The position numbers were made by a program, and so were the translations under genes. Of a stretch of 35,555 bases of DNA, positions 15,972 through 24,970 are shown one piece after another. The notes under the pieces are model-generated. The model worked only from the letters and a program-made list of their open reading frames with translations. It was not told the DNA's origin and did no database searches. Each line of letters opens with the position of its first letter. Within the stretch, counting starts at the first letter, position 1. The DNA lies in contig CAVXUZ010000004.1 in NCBI GenBank assembly GCA_963765125.1, positions 258,792-294,346 on the forward strand, in the 5' to 3' direction. This DNA comes from an uncultured candidate division WWE3 bacterium. GTDB taxonomy: Bacteria; Patescibacteriota; WWE3; UBA101185; UBA10185.

Positions 15972-16529
15972 ATTGAAAGATATAATAATACGCATTCTTC
16001 AGAAGGTGCTTTTGCCGAAACCTTGCATGACGAGACCCCCAGGTTAGAACACGTCTCTATAAATAACTTCTTTAATGATGTTAATAAAGCTGCTGAGGAA
16101 GACGGTGGCAAGATTAAGGGTTCTACGAGTGAGTACACCCCAGAAAAAATAATTAGCACGATGGAAAGCTTTATTAGAACAGGGTTAAAGTTCACGGACG
16201 ACGCACCTCTACTAGAAACAATAACCCGAGCACATGGTATACGCGATAGATTTATCGAAGTTTTAGATTATCACAACGCTCTTTTAGAGGAGATGAAAAA
16301 ACCAAACCCAGATATTTTTTCTCAGTGTAATACCTTAGAGGAGGTTAAAGAGGTGATTTTTACCTTAGGTATGCCGATTGACACAGGTGAGCGCCAATAT
16401 GACTATGAGGAGCTAAAAAATAGAATTGAAGGTGTAGACAATGGGCAACTCCACATTGCTTATCTGACAAGGACCGCAGGTTTAAGACAAGCCGTAATAC
16501 GAATAAAAGGAACATCTAACGAGAATTAA
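15972..16529 (+). CDS. Hypothetical protein with two internal repeats; start uncertain (ATT 15972 or TTG 16023)
   Basis: Repeats I.G...Y..E.I...ITRAHGIR and I..G...Y..EEL...LTRTAGLR; the listed GTG start at 15885 would run through the tRNA. Confidence 0.65.
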   Translation: MERYNNTHSSEGAFAETLHDETPRLEHVSINNFFNDVNKAAEEDGGKIKGSTSEYTPEKIISTMESFIRTGLKFTDDAPLLETITRAHGIRDRFIEVLDYHNALLEEMKKPNPDIFSQCNTLEEVKEVIFTLGMPIDTGERQYDYEELKNRIEGVDNGQLHIAYLTRTAGLRQAVIRIKGTSNEN

Positions 16530-16535
16530 TCGCAC

Positions 16536-16562
16536 AAAAAATCCCCGTGGAAACGGGGATTA
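16536..16562. terminator. Terminator between convergent genes
   Basis: AAAAAATCCCCGT-GGAA-ACGGGGATT. Confidence 0.85.
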
Positions 16563-16588
16563 ATTTATTTTCAATTAAAGTAATTTTT

Positions 16589-17461
16589 TTACAAAACGCT
16601 AAGTTCTGTTTTTTCTTCTTCTGTTTCTCTTTCAATGTACTGTAAGTATCTTTCTGTGGTAGAAACTCTCATGTGCCCAGCAATTTTTGATACTTGCAAA
16701 AGGTTGGTACCTCTTTGTAAGTGCTGTGCTACGAAAGTGTGTCTTAGGTCGTTCACTTTTGCGTTTTCAACTCCTGCCAAATCGTAGAATCTTTGGATAG
16801 TTGATCTGATGTTTCTTACAAGCATAGGGTTTCCGGTTTTTGTGATGAAGACATGAACTGCTTTTTCTACTTTTGGTCTTTCTTCATTGATGTATTTTTG
16901 AATAGCTTCAATAACCGCCTCGTTCAAAGGCACTGTTCTTGTAGGTTTGCTATTTTTTGCTGGAATATGAAGAATTTTTTCAACCTCAAGTTTTAAGTGG
17001 TCTAGTTGCATTTCTGCCAATTCTGAAATTGTAATTCCTGTTTGGAGTAGCGTTTCAATAATTGCGTATGTTCTTCTGTCACCTCTGGCGGCGTCTCTTA
17101 ATGCTCTGTACTCTAGTTTTGATAATATTCTTGGAGCTTTTATAACTACTTTTGGATGTCTTAGATCATCGGCAATGTTTTTAACGATATGTGCTTTATC
17201 CATCAAAAATCTAAAAAATGTTTTTGTTGAATTAGTTTTTCTTGAGATTGATTTTGGAGTGTATTCCTCGTTTGCTAGTTTTTCCATAAAGCTTTGCAAG
17301 TGAGTAAGCTCAATTTCTTCAACAGCGTTTACACCTTTTCTTTCAAGATACTCAACTAATTGCTCGATATCTTTTCCGTAAGCAATCAAAGTTGAACCTG
17401 AACGATTCAGGCTACCTAGATGATCTATAAAATTTTTGTGGGCAACTCTTAGTTCTACCAT
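16589..17461 (-). CDS. XerC/XerD-like tyrosine recombinase family protein, atypical active site
   Basis: N-terminal core-binding domain (TLIAYGKDI, SISRK...FFRFL); TGITISE, VNDLRHTF, GH...TTERY. Confidence 0.9.
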   Translation of the reverse strand: MVELRVAHKNFIDHLGSLNRSGSTLIAYGKDIEQLVEYLERKGVNAVEEIELTHLQSFMEKLANEEYTPKSISRKTNSTKTFFRFLMDKAHIVKNIADDLRHPKVVIKAPRILSKLEYRALRDAARGDRRTYAIIETLLQTGITISELAEMQLDHLKLEVEKILHIPAKNSKPTRTVPLNEAVIEAIQKYINEERPKVEKAVHVFITKTGNPMLVRNIRSTIQRFYDLAGVENAKVNDLRHTFVAQHLQRGTNLLQVSKIAGHMRVSTTERYLQYIERETEEEKTELSVL

Positions 17462-17505
17462 ATAAATTAGTTTTTTCTTTAGGCAGTTAACTTAACAAAA
17501 TAGTA

Positions 17506-17558
17506 TATAGGATGACAATCCTATAGGGTAGAATAACACTTTGGTTGAACAAAGTCAA
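17506..17558 (-). promoter_or_regulatory. Promoter of the xer-like gene with an inverted repeat over the start site
   Basis: TTGACT-17-TATTCT; TATAGGAT-GACA-ATCCTATA at 17506-17525. Confidence 0.6.
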
Positions 17559-17580
17559 CGGGTGTTCTAGAATTCTAGTT

Positions 17581-17967
17581 ATGGCGGTTTCTGCTCAAAC
17601 AAAATACCTTGTTTTAACAGTATTATTTATACTAGCAAGCATAAACTTTACACGTACAGCACTAGAGATAATCAAGAATAGTAAGCGATTAGATGAGCTT
17701 AGTCAAGAGGTTGGGGCGTTGGAGGGCGATAAAAAAGCTCTCGAGGACGGCGTCACATACAAGAAAACTAACGATTATATTGAAGAAAAAGCAAGAAACG
17801 ACCTTAGTTTGATTAGACCTGGAGAGAAAGTATATGTTATACCGCAAGAGCTAAAGGGTATTGACTTAGAGCCAAAAGTTTTAGGTGAAAAATCAACATT
17901 TAGCGATAAGGTTGAGAAGTCTTTTGGGGGCTATATTCATCTCTGGGTTGATTTATTTGTTAGGTAA
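17581..17967 (+). CDS. Septum formation initiator (FtsB/DivIC family)
   Basis: TM, coiled coil, YIEEKARNDLSLIRPGEKVYVI; ATG 17581. Confidence 0.85.
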   Translation: MAVSAQTKYLVLTVLFILASINFTRTALEIIKNSKRLDELSQEVGALEGDKKALEDGVTYKKTNDYIEEKARNDLSLIRPGEKVYVIPQELKGIDLEPKVLGEKSTFSDKVEKSFGGYIHLWVDLFVR

Positions 17968-17969
17968 TT

Positions 17970-17998
17970 TTGACAATAGTGGCATCGTCTGTTAGATT
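17970..17998 (+). promoter_or_regulatory. tRNA-fMet promoter
   Basis: TTGACA-17-TAGATT with TG extension. Confidence 0.7.
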
Positions 17999-18011
17999 AC
18001 TGATGCATTAT

Positions 18012-18085
18012 AGCGGGGTGGAGGAATAGTACCTCGTCAGGCTCATAATCTGAAGGTCTCGGTGCAAGTCCGGGCCCCGCAACCA
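18012..18085 (+). tRNA. Initiator tRNA-fMet (CAU)
   Basis: A1:A72 mismatch, GCGGGG/CCCCGC acceptor, CTCATAA loop, CCA. Confidence 0.92.
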
Positions 18086-18098
18086 AATAATATACGAC

Positions 18099-18120
18099 AA
18101 CCCGTGAAAGCGGGTTTTTT
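18099..18120 (+). terminator. Terminator after tRNA-fMet
   Basis: AACCCGT-GAAA-GCGGGTTTTTT. Confidence 0.85.
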
Positions 18121-18125
18121 GATGC

Positions 18126-18165
18126 AAAAAGAAAACCCCGTATCAGTAAAACTGGCTACAGGGTT
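18126..18165 (-). terminator. Probable terminator of the 18174-18449 gene
   Basis: Imperfect AACCCTGTAGCCAGT/ACTGATACGGGGTT stem plus U-tract on the minus strand. Confidence 0.6.
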
Positions 18166-18173
18166 AATCGATT

Positions 18174-18449
18174 TCATACAACATGTTTTATTACTTTATC
18201 AAAGTTTCCGATCTTTGCGGTCTCAAGCGCGCTTATAAGCTCATCTGGTGTTCCATTGAAAATTCCGGATCCTCCGTCGATGACCATAGTGCCAGGTATG
18301 CTGTGTAAATCAGCAAGCATTGTGGGGCACCCATACATAAAAAGTCCGACCCTTCTTTCAAAAACAACAATGTGATTTGGCTCTAAGTCATCTAATAACT
18401 CGGAGAAGATCGGGTCTCTGGTGGCAACTAATACTGTTAAAGCTCCCAT
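18174..18449 (-). CDS. Small hypothetical protein
   Basis: 91-aa ORF with SD AAGGAG, TTGCAA-17-TAGGAT promoter and terminator. Confidence 0.7.
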   Translation of the reverse strand: MGALTVLVATRDPIFSELLDDLEPNHIVVFERRVGLFMYGCPTMLADLHSIPGTMVIDGGSGIFNGTPDELISALETAKIGNFDKVIKHVV

Positions 18450-18568
18450 TCTAGACGCTCCTTTCGTTTAGTTGCCTGAATCCTATAATATGTGTTGGAG
18501 TTTTGCAAGTCAGCTGAGCTCTGTACTTTATAGCTTAGTATTCGTTTGCTATAATCCAGAGGTTTTAT

Positions 18569-18645
18569 GCCGATGTAGCTCAGGTGGTTAGAGCGGACGT
18601 TTCATAAGCGTCAGGTCATTGGTTCAAGTCCAATCATCGGCACCA
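18569..18645 (+). tRNA. tRNA (CAU), most likely elongator Met
   Basis: GCCGATG/CATCGGC acceptor, GACGT-TTCATAA-GCGTC, ATTGG-TTCAAGT-CCAAT, A-CCA. Confidence 0.92.
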
Positions 18646-18779
18646 AGGTAAAACATGACCAAACCAGATAATACACAGAATCATACATCCTCACTTTGGC
18701 GTTTCTAACGTTTAGTATCCCTTGTTATTATGTTAAATTTATATTGAGCAACGAAAGCTCGATTTAGGAGAATAAAAAA

Positions 18780-19766
18780 ATGAGTAATAAAAAAAGAGTT
18801 TTATCAGGAATGCGCGCAACAGGACACCTTCATATAGGAAACTATTTAGGTGGAGTTAAAGGTATGATCGCGCTGCAAGAAAATGACGGCTACGAAGTAA
18901 ATTATATGGTTGCCGATGCGCACGCAATTACCACACCCTACAATGTGAAGGAGCTTCAAGAGAATCGGTATGGAGTTTTGTTAGATTACCTCGCTGCTGG
19001 GCTTGACCCAAAAAGAGCAACTATTTTCTTTCAATCGATGGTTCCACAGCATTTGGAATTTGCGTACTATCTTTCAGCCTTTGTGACAATTGCGAGAATG
19101 CAGCATTTACCGACTTTTAAAGAAAAGATAAAGCAATACCCTGAAGGTTCGACGATGGCGCTTTTAAATTACCCTATTCTGATGGCTTCGGACATTTTGC
19201 TCTATAAAGCCCACGAAGTTCCTGTTGGAGTAGATCAAGAGCCACACCTTGAGGTTACACGTGAGATTGCAAGAAAGCTTAATGAGAGATTTGGGATGGA
19301 TTTTCCCGAACCTGTTGCTTTTAAAACGCAAGGTAGCTACGTGCCGAGTTTATTAGGTGAAGGAAAAATGAGTAAAACGGTTGAGGGAAGTTACATTAAT
19401 CTCACCGACGACTTAGAAACAATTAAATCTCGACTTGCAAAAGTTCCTACCGATTCAGGTAAAGGAAAAAAAGTTCCTGAAAAAGGTTCTGTAGCAAATC
19501 TTATGTTGTTTGTAGAATTATTTATGGGAAAAGACGCGCGTAAGGAATTTGAAAAAAAGTACACTGTAGATGGAGTTAGGTATGGCGAGTTGAAATCATC
19601 TCTTGCGGAAGCGATTTATAAAGAACTTGAACCTATTCAACAAAGAAGAAAAGAGCTTGAGGCAAACCCCGCTTATGTGAAACAAGTGATTGAAGAGGGT
19701 GCAGCTGCCGCCAGACTAAAAACTCAGAAAACTATTGATGAGGTCAAAGAAAAAATGGGTTTTTGA
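18780..19766 (+). CDS. trpS: Tryptophan--tRNA ligase
   Basis: SGMRATGHLHIGNYLG, YPILMASDILLY, VPVGVDQEPHLE, KMSK. Confidence 0.97.
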   Translation: MSNKKRVLSGMRATGHLHIGNYLGGVKGMIALQENDGYEVNYMVADAHAITTPYNVKELQENRYGVLLDYLAAGLDPKRATIFFQSMVPQHLEFAYYLSAFVTIARMQHLPTFKEKIKQYPEGSTMALLNYPILMASDILLYKAHEVPVGVDQEPHLEVTREIARKLNERFGMDFPEPVAFKTQGSYVPSLLGEGKMSKTVEGSYINLTDDLETIKSRLAKVPTDSGKGKKVPEKGSVANLMLFVELFMGKDARKEFEKKYTVDGVRYGELKSSLAEAIYKELEPIQQRRKELEANPAYVKQVIEEGAAAARLKTQKTIDEVKEKMGF

Positions 19767-19799
19767 GAAGTTGGCATGTGTTGTATAATTCCATAGCTT

Positions 19800-21677
19800 A
19801 TGAATCTAAGAAACTCTAAAGAGGCAAAGAAAACTAATGGTGGCAATAAAAAACAGGTGCAAGGTCCTAAAGTGCCTAAAGCCCCCGTCAGCATTTTTGG
19901 CAACATATTCTTTTATATTATCGTAGCATTTGGAGTATTTGCCTTAATAACAGCATTTTCAGGATATACTGGAGGGGATGAAATTAAACCTTTAGGCGAA
20001 GCTATCGATTTTATTAAAAAGGGTGAAGCGCAGAACGTTACTGTTTCAGGCGATAAGATCGAGGTTTTGCTTCAGAATGGAACAAAATTTGTAACCGAAA
20101 AAGAGTCAACCCTCAGTTTTGACGAAATTCTCACAAACAACAATATAGAGAGCTCGATTATTAAAGGTGAGTACAAAGTTGAACACCGAGTAGGTTTCAA
20201 TGATGTAGTTGGTCCAATTCTTACTTTTGGTATACCCATATTGATTTTATTTCTAATCTTTCGACAGGTTCGCGGAGCCAATGGCGATATTTTTTCGTTT
20301 GGTAAATCACGCGCACGTCTTTTTAATCAAAACGCGAAACAGAAAACTACCTTTAAAGATGTAGCGGGGGTTGATGAAGCTAAAAGTGAAATGCTCGAAA
20401 TTGTCGATTTTCTAAAATACCCAGAAAAGTATCGCAAGCTTGGGGCACGAATTCCTAAAGGTATTCTATTAGTAGGACCTGCAGGTGTTGGTAAAACGTT
20501 GTTGGCAAAGGCTATTGCTGGAGAAGCAAACGTACCTTTCTTTAGCGTCGCGGGTAGTGAGTTTATGGAGATGTTAGTTGGTGTTGGTTCGGCGAGAGCG
20601 CGCGACTTATTTAATACAGCTAAGGCTAATCAGCCGAGCTTAATTTTTATCGATGAAATTGACGCCATTGGAAGACAACGCGGTATGGGAATAGGTGGCG
20701 GTCACGATGAAAGAGAACAAACACTTAACCAAATACTAATAGAGATGGATGGATTTGACCCACGCACAAACGTAATAGTTTTAGCCGCAACGAACAGACC
20801 AGACATGTTAGACCCCGCACTTGTCAGAGCAGGAAGATTCGACCGTAACGTTTCTATACCATTACCTGACTTAAAAGATAGAGAAGCAATTATGGCGATT
20901 CATATGCGAGGAAAACCATTTGAAGAAGACGTACAGGTTGAAGCTATCGCCAAAAAGACAGTTGGATTTAGCGGTGCCGACATCGAAAACATGCTTAACG
21001 AGGCTGCTATATTAGCTGCAAGAGACGGGCGAGACAAAATTACAACTAAAAATGTTGACGACGCAGCTTTGAAAGTTACGATGGGGAGCGAAAGAAAAAC
21101 GTTACAAACTGAAGAAGAAAAGAAAATGACCGCTTATCATGAAGCAGGCCACGCAATCGTTGCCTCTAAAGTACCTGATATGGATCCTGTTAACCGCGTT
21201 TCAATTGTTGCACGCGGAGGTTCGCTGGGGCATACGAGTATGGTTCCAAGTCGAGATCGTTATAACGAAACACAAACTAGACTTTTGTCTTTTATAACCA
21301 CAATGCTAGGTGGGCGCGCGGCAGAAGAAGTTGTTTATGGAGAATTAACGATTGGGGCCGCAGACGACATTAGCAAAGCAACCAAATTAGCTCGTAAGAT
21401 GGTAATGCAGTATGGAATGAGTAGCTTAGGTCCAGTTTCATACGACGGTAAAGACGAAGAATTTATGCTTGCGCGCGAGTTTGGACATCACGCTCCTGCA
21501 TACAGTAATGAAATAGCTTCAAAAATAGACAGCGAGGTTAAAAAAATAGTTGATGAATGTTACTCAGAGGCCAAGAAAATAATCAGAGAAAACCGAGAAG
21601 TATTAGATAAACTAACCCAAATGCTTGTAGAAAAAGAGACAATCTACGAAGAAGAGTTCAAATCTTTATTATCCTAA
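19800..21677 (+). CDS. ftsH: ATP-dependent zinc metalloprotease FtsH
   Basis: Two TMs, GPAGVGKT, IFIDEIDA, ATNRPDMLDPALVRAGRFDR, HEAGH. Confidence 0.98.
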   Translation: MNLRNSKEAKKTNGGNKKQVQGPKVPKAPVSIFGNIFFYIIVAFGVFALITAFSGYTGGDEIKPLGEAIDFIKKGEAQNVTVSGDKIEVLLQNGTKFVTEKESTLSFDEILTNNNIESSIIKGEYKVEHRVGFNDVVGPILTFGIPILILFLIFRQVRGANGDIFSFGKSRARLFNQNAKQKTTFKDVAGVDEAKSEMLEIVDFLKYPEKYRKLGARIPKGILLVGPAGVGKTLLAKAIAGEANVPFFSVAGSEFMEMLVGVGSARARDLFNTAKANQPSLIFIDEIDAIGRQRGMGIGGGHDEREQTLNQILIEMDGFDPRTNVIVLAATNRPDMLDPALVRAGRFDRNVSIPLPDLKDREAIMAIHMRGKPFEEDVQVEAIAKKTVGFSGADIENMLNEAAILAARDGRDKITTKNVDDAALKVTMGSERKTLQTEEEKKMTAYHEAGHAIVASKVPDMDPVNRVSIVARGGSLGHTSMVPSRDRYNETQTRLLSFITTMLGGRAAEEVVYGELTIGAADDISKATKLARKMVMQYGMSSLGPVSYDGKDEEFMLAREFGHHAPAYSNEIASKIDSEVKKIVDECYSEAKKIIRENREVLDKLTQMLVEKETIYEEEFKSLLS

Positions 21678-21738
21678 TATTTGTTGTATAATTCCAATTA
21701 AATTTGTAATCAGTCAGAAATAATATATGGAGGAGAAA

Positions 21739-22221
21739 ATGAAAAGAACCAAGATCGAAAGGTTTTTTGATGGCTTGGCTATCGCTTTTGGTAGGGTGGA
21801 GTGTAACGAGGTTGGATACCGAATCACAATTGTAAGCGCTGATTGGCAATGGAGAAAAAAAACACTTAACATTGTAAAAAGTGCTTTTCCCAGATGCCGT
21901 ATTAAACAGTGCACAATTTTCGAGCAGGTTTCCTCTGATCAGAATATTGTGGTATTTGATGGGTCGACTGACTATCCAGACAACTCACAAGCTGCTGTAG
22001 CCTGCCGGTTTAATGAATTTGTATTTTACAACGAAAAGGCTTTTTCTGAAGACGCGGTGTTTTTGTATACCGTACCTGTAGCTTGTGAATACAAGAAACA
22101 AATTAGCAAGGCAATTAATGCTATCCCCAATACGGATCAGATTAAACTGAACTTAATCGAGTGGAATGAGGTGAGACATTTTATTCAAAGCACCTGCCAT
22201 GAGTTTCACAGAACCCAGTAA
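21739..22221 (+). CDS. Hypothetical protein (stand-alone accessory gene)
   Basis: ORF 21727-22221; GGAGGAG SD favours ATG 21739; own TATAAT upstream and terminator downstream. Confidence 0.7.
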   Translation: MKRTKIERFFDGLAIAFGRVECNEVGYRITIVSADWQWRKKTLNIVKSAFPRCRIKQCTIFEQVSSDQNIVVFDGSTDYPDNSQAAVACRFNEFVFYNEKAFSEDAVFLYTVPVACEYKKQISKAINAIPNTDQIKLNLIEWNEVRHFIQSTCHEFHRTQ

Positions 22222-22233
22222 GCACAAACAACT

Positions 22234-22272
22234 TCCCCGCAAGTTTAAAAAACAAGCGGGGATTTCTTTTTT
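22234..22272 (+). terminator. Terminator
   Basis: TCCCCGC...GCGGGGA followed by TTTCTTTTTT. Confidence 0.7.
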
Positions 22273-22299
22273 CTTACCAAAACTGTTATAAAATAAGAC

Positions 22300-23230
22300 A
22301 TGAAGAAACTCCTTCTTATCGACACTTTTAATTTCTTGCATCGTGCGTACCACGCACTCCCAAACACTTTTACTGATAAAAACGGTGAGCCGACTAATGC
22401 GGTTTATGGTGTTACCAGTATGCTAATCAGTGTGTTTGAGCTGATTAAACCTGACTATGTTGTTACGGCTATGGATGATATGGCACCCACTTTAAGACAC
22501 GAGGATTTTACAGGATACAAAGCGCACAGACGCCCTATGGAAGATGATCTTTCTTCCCAGATTCCTAAAGTTTTTGAGATTATTGACGCGTTTGGTGTAA
22601 AACGAATTTCTTTGCCAGGTTACGAAGCAGACGATGTTATCGGGACTCTTTCACAAAAATTTGGTAAAGACGATATAGAGGTTGTAATTGTTTCTAACGA
22701 TCGTGATTTATGGCAGCTGGTTAATGACCATGTGTTGGTGATGAACCCAAATACAAAGGGTGAGGCAGAATGGATTGGTGTAAAAGAAGTCAAGGCGAGA
22801 TATGGGTTTACTCCAAAACAGTTAATCGACTTTAAGGGTCTACGTGGAGATCCCAGCGACAATATCCCAGGTGTGTACGGTGTAGGTGAGAAGACTGCAT
22901 TAAAGCTTATTGAAGAATACGGCTCAGTCGAAGAGATTTATAAAAACTTAGAAAAGATCCAGCCAGAGTCTTTAAAAAAGAAACTCGAAGAATGTTACGA
23001 AACAGCCAGTTATGAGTAAACAGTTAGCAACCATTGTTACAGAAGCGCCTTTTAGTATTGATATTGAGGATTGTAAATATTCCACGTTTAACAAAGGACA
23101 AGTAAAAGAAGTTTTAGAAAAATATAATTTTAAATCTCTCATCAGACGTTTAGGTTTTGAAGTTGATGGAGGTACAAAAAGTTCAAGCAAGGGTTCTGCA
23201 CTAGCAGAAAACCAGATGAGCTTATTTTAA
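22300..23230 (+). CDS. Stand-alone 5'-3' exonuclease (Pol I N-terminal/FEN-like), one apparent frameshift near 23008
   Basis: LLLID..N..HRAYHA, GYEADDVIGT, SNDRDL, GDPSDNIPGV.GVGEKTA; continues in the 23012-23230 frame (MSKQLATI...QMSLF). Confidence 0.88.
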
Positions 23231-23234
23231 CTTT

Positions 23235-23861
23235 ATGGATATCGCGCTAGATGTGGCAAAAATATTAAAAACCTCGTACCCAGAGCCTAAAACCGAGCTT
23301 GTACATGCAAACGAAATGCAGCTATTTATCTCAGTTGTGCTTTCTGCCCAAACCACTGATAAAAAAGTAAACGAAATCACCGCAAGTTTGTTCAAAAAGT
23401 ACAAATCTTGGCAGGATTTTTCAGATGCCAATCTACCCACGCTACAAGCTGACATCAGGGGAGTGAATTTTCATCTCGGAAAAGCAGACCGGCTCATAAA
23501 AGCTGCCCAAGTTATTTTGGCAAAATTTAACGGAGAACTGCCAAAAACAATTTCTGAATTAATTCAAATACCCGGTGTGGCAAGAAAAAGCGCGAATGTT
23601 ATTATGCAAGAACTGTGGGGGATAGCGGAGGGTGTTGTTGTTGATACGCATGTAACCAGAGTAAGCAATCGACTAGGCCTAACAAAGGAGCAAAACGCAG
23701 AGAAGATCGAAAAAGAGCTAATGCAAAAAATACCAAAAGAATACTGGCGAAATATTTCTGGTGCGTTAGTTTTACACGGGCGCTACGTTTGCAAAGCTAG
23801 AAAACCTGAGTGTGAAAAATGTGTGTTAAATAAAATCTGCCCCTCAGCATTTACTGCTTAG
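23235..23861 (+). CDS. nth: Endonuclease III
   Basis: LSAQTTD, HhH IPGVARKSAN, VDTHV, CKARKPECEKCVLNKIC [4Fe-4S] motif. Confidence 0.96.
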   Translation: MDIALDVAKILKTSYPEPKTELVHANEMQLFISVVLSAQTTDKKVNEITASLFKKYKSWQDFSDANLPTLQADIRGVNFHLGKADRLIKAAQVILAKFNGELPKTISELIQIPGVARKSANVIMQELWGIAEGVVVDTHVTRVSNRLGLTKEQNAEKIEKELMQKIPKEYWRNISGALVLHGRYVCKARKPECEKCVLNKICPSAFTA

Positions 23862-24916
23862 TTATAGTTTGGGAGCATCTGTGCAATATCATCTGGTAGC
23901 TTGTTAATATCTATGCTATAACTGCCGTCGTAGCCTTCGTAAGTGTATGTCCACATACCAAATTCTCTTAGTCTAAGTCTAAATTCAAACGATTCGCCCG
24001 TCTTTATAACAAAGGGCTGTTCGAGCTCTTGAAATCTTGGCATTAGTTGAACGAATGTTATATCTTTATCGGATTTATTTGACCATCTGACAAGCTGTCC
24101 TGCGGTTGCAAGTGTTTTGTCAGGTTTAAATTCACTTTCGGCAGTAAATTCAATTTCTAAAATACCAAATCTGTCATCGACTGTTTTATATATTTCTGTA
24201 GAAATCACTTCTTCTTGCTCTTGCATCTGAGCAATTTCTTCATCAGAAGGACCGGTTAGATTTACTCCTGCCTCTCTCAACGCTCTTTCAACGGCGGCTT
24301 CTAAGTCTTCAAACCTATCAAGTTTTAACTGTTTACCATTAACAAAAAATGTAGGAGTTGCGTTGACGCCGAGCTGCTTTGCGTATTTAACATCTTGATC
24401 GATAAGATCTTCAAAGGCTTTGTTTTTAATATCTTGCGAAAACCTAGTTACATCTAAACCTAACACGTCGGCATAGCTGACAAGGTCTTTATTATCAAAC
24501 TTACCTTGATTTTCAAAAAGCAATTCTGAATATTCCCAAAATCTGCCCTGTTCGCCCGCGACTTGGGCTGCCACTGCGGCTTTATCCGCGTTTTTATGCT
24601 GGGGTAAAGGAAAGTGCCTAATACCGTATCTGATTTTGTCAGAGTATTTTTTAAAAACAGCTGTAGCGTAAGGATGAAAACTTTGGCAAGCTGGACAACC
24701 ATAATCAGTAAATTCAACAAGCGTAACTTTTGCAGAAACGGGACCTTGCACATAAGAATGTGGCGCTAATAAATCTCCTTCTTGGGTTTCAATAAGTTTT
24801 GTAGATGAATTGGAGCCTCTTTGAGCTGTGGCAATAATAAATAAAAAGATTAAAACAGTAATACCGCCAATCACCAAAACAGGAGTATTTCTTTTTATTA
24901 AATCTCTAATGTTCAT
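23858..24916 (-). CDS. Membrane-anchored DsbA/thioredoxin-fold oxidoreductase with a C-terminal cupredoxin-like domain
   Basis: VEFTDYGCPAC, RHFPL, GVNATPTFFVNG; C-terminal FKP...AGQLVRWSN beta domain without evident Cu ligands. Confidence 0.88.
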   Translation of the reverse strand: MNIRDLIKRNTPVLVIGGITVLIFLFIIATAQRGSNSSTKLIETQEGDLLAPHSYVQGPVSAKVTLVEFTDYGCPACQSFHPYATAVFKKYSDKIRYGIRHFPLPQHKNADKAAVAAQVAGEQGRFWEYSELLFENQGKFDNKDLVSYADVLGLDVTRFSQDIKNKAFEDLIDQDVKYAKQLGVNATPTFFVNGKQLKLDRFEDLEAAVERALREAGVNLTGPSDEEIAQMQEQEEVISTEIYKTVDDRFGILEIEFTAESEFKPDKTLATAGQLVRWSNKSDKDITFVQLMPRFQELEQPFVIKTGESFEFRLRLREFGMWTYTYEGYDGSYSIDINKLPDDIAQMLPNYN

Positions 24917-24970
24917 ACGCGCTGGGTATATTCTATCACGAAGGACCGTGGTTAATGTTAGAATTAATTT

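Noticed and set aside
18569-18645. tRNA-Ile2 (lysidine, CAU)
   Set aside because: A UAU tRNA already covers AUA, so elongator Met is more parsimonious; not strictly excluded.
23005-23012. Programmed ribosomal frameshift in the exonuclease
   Set aside because: No slippery heptamer or downstream structure; other indels in the window point to sequence error.
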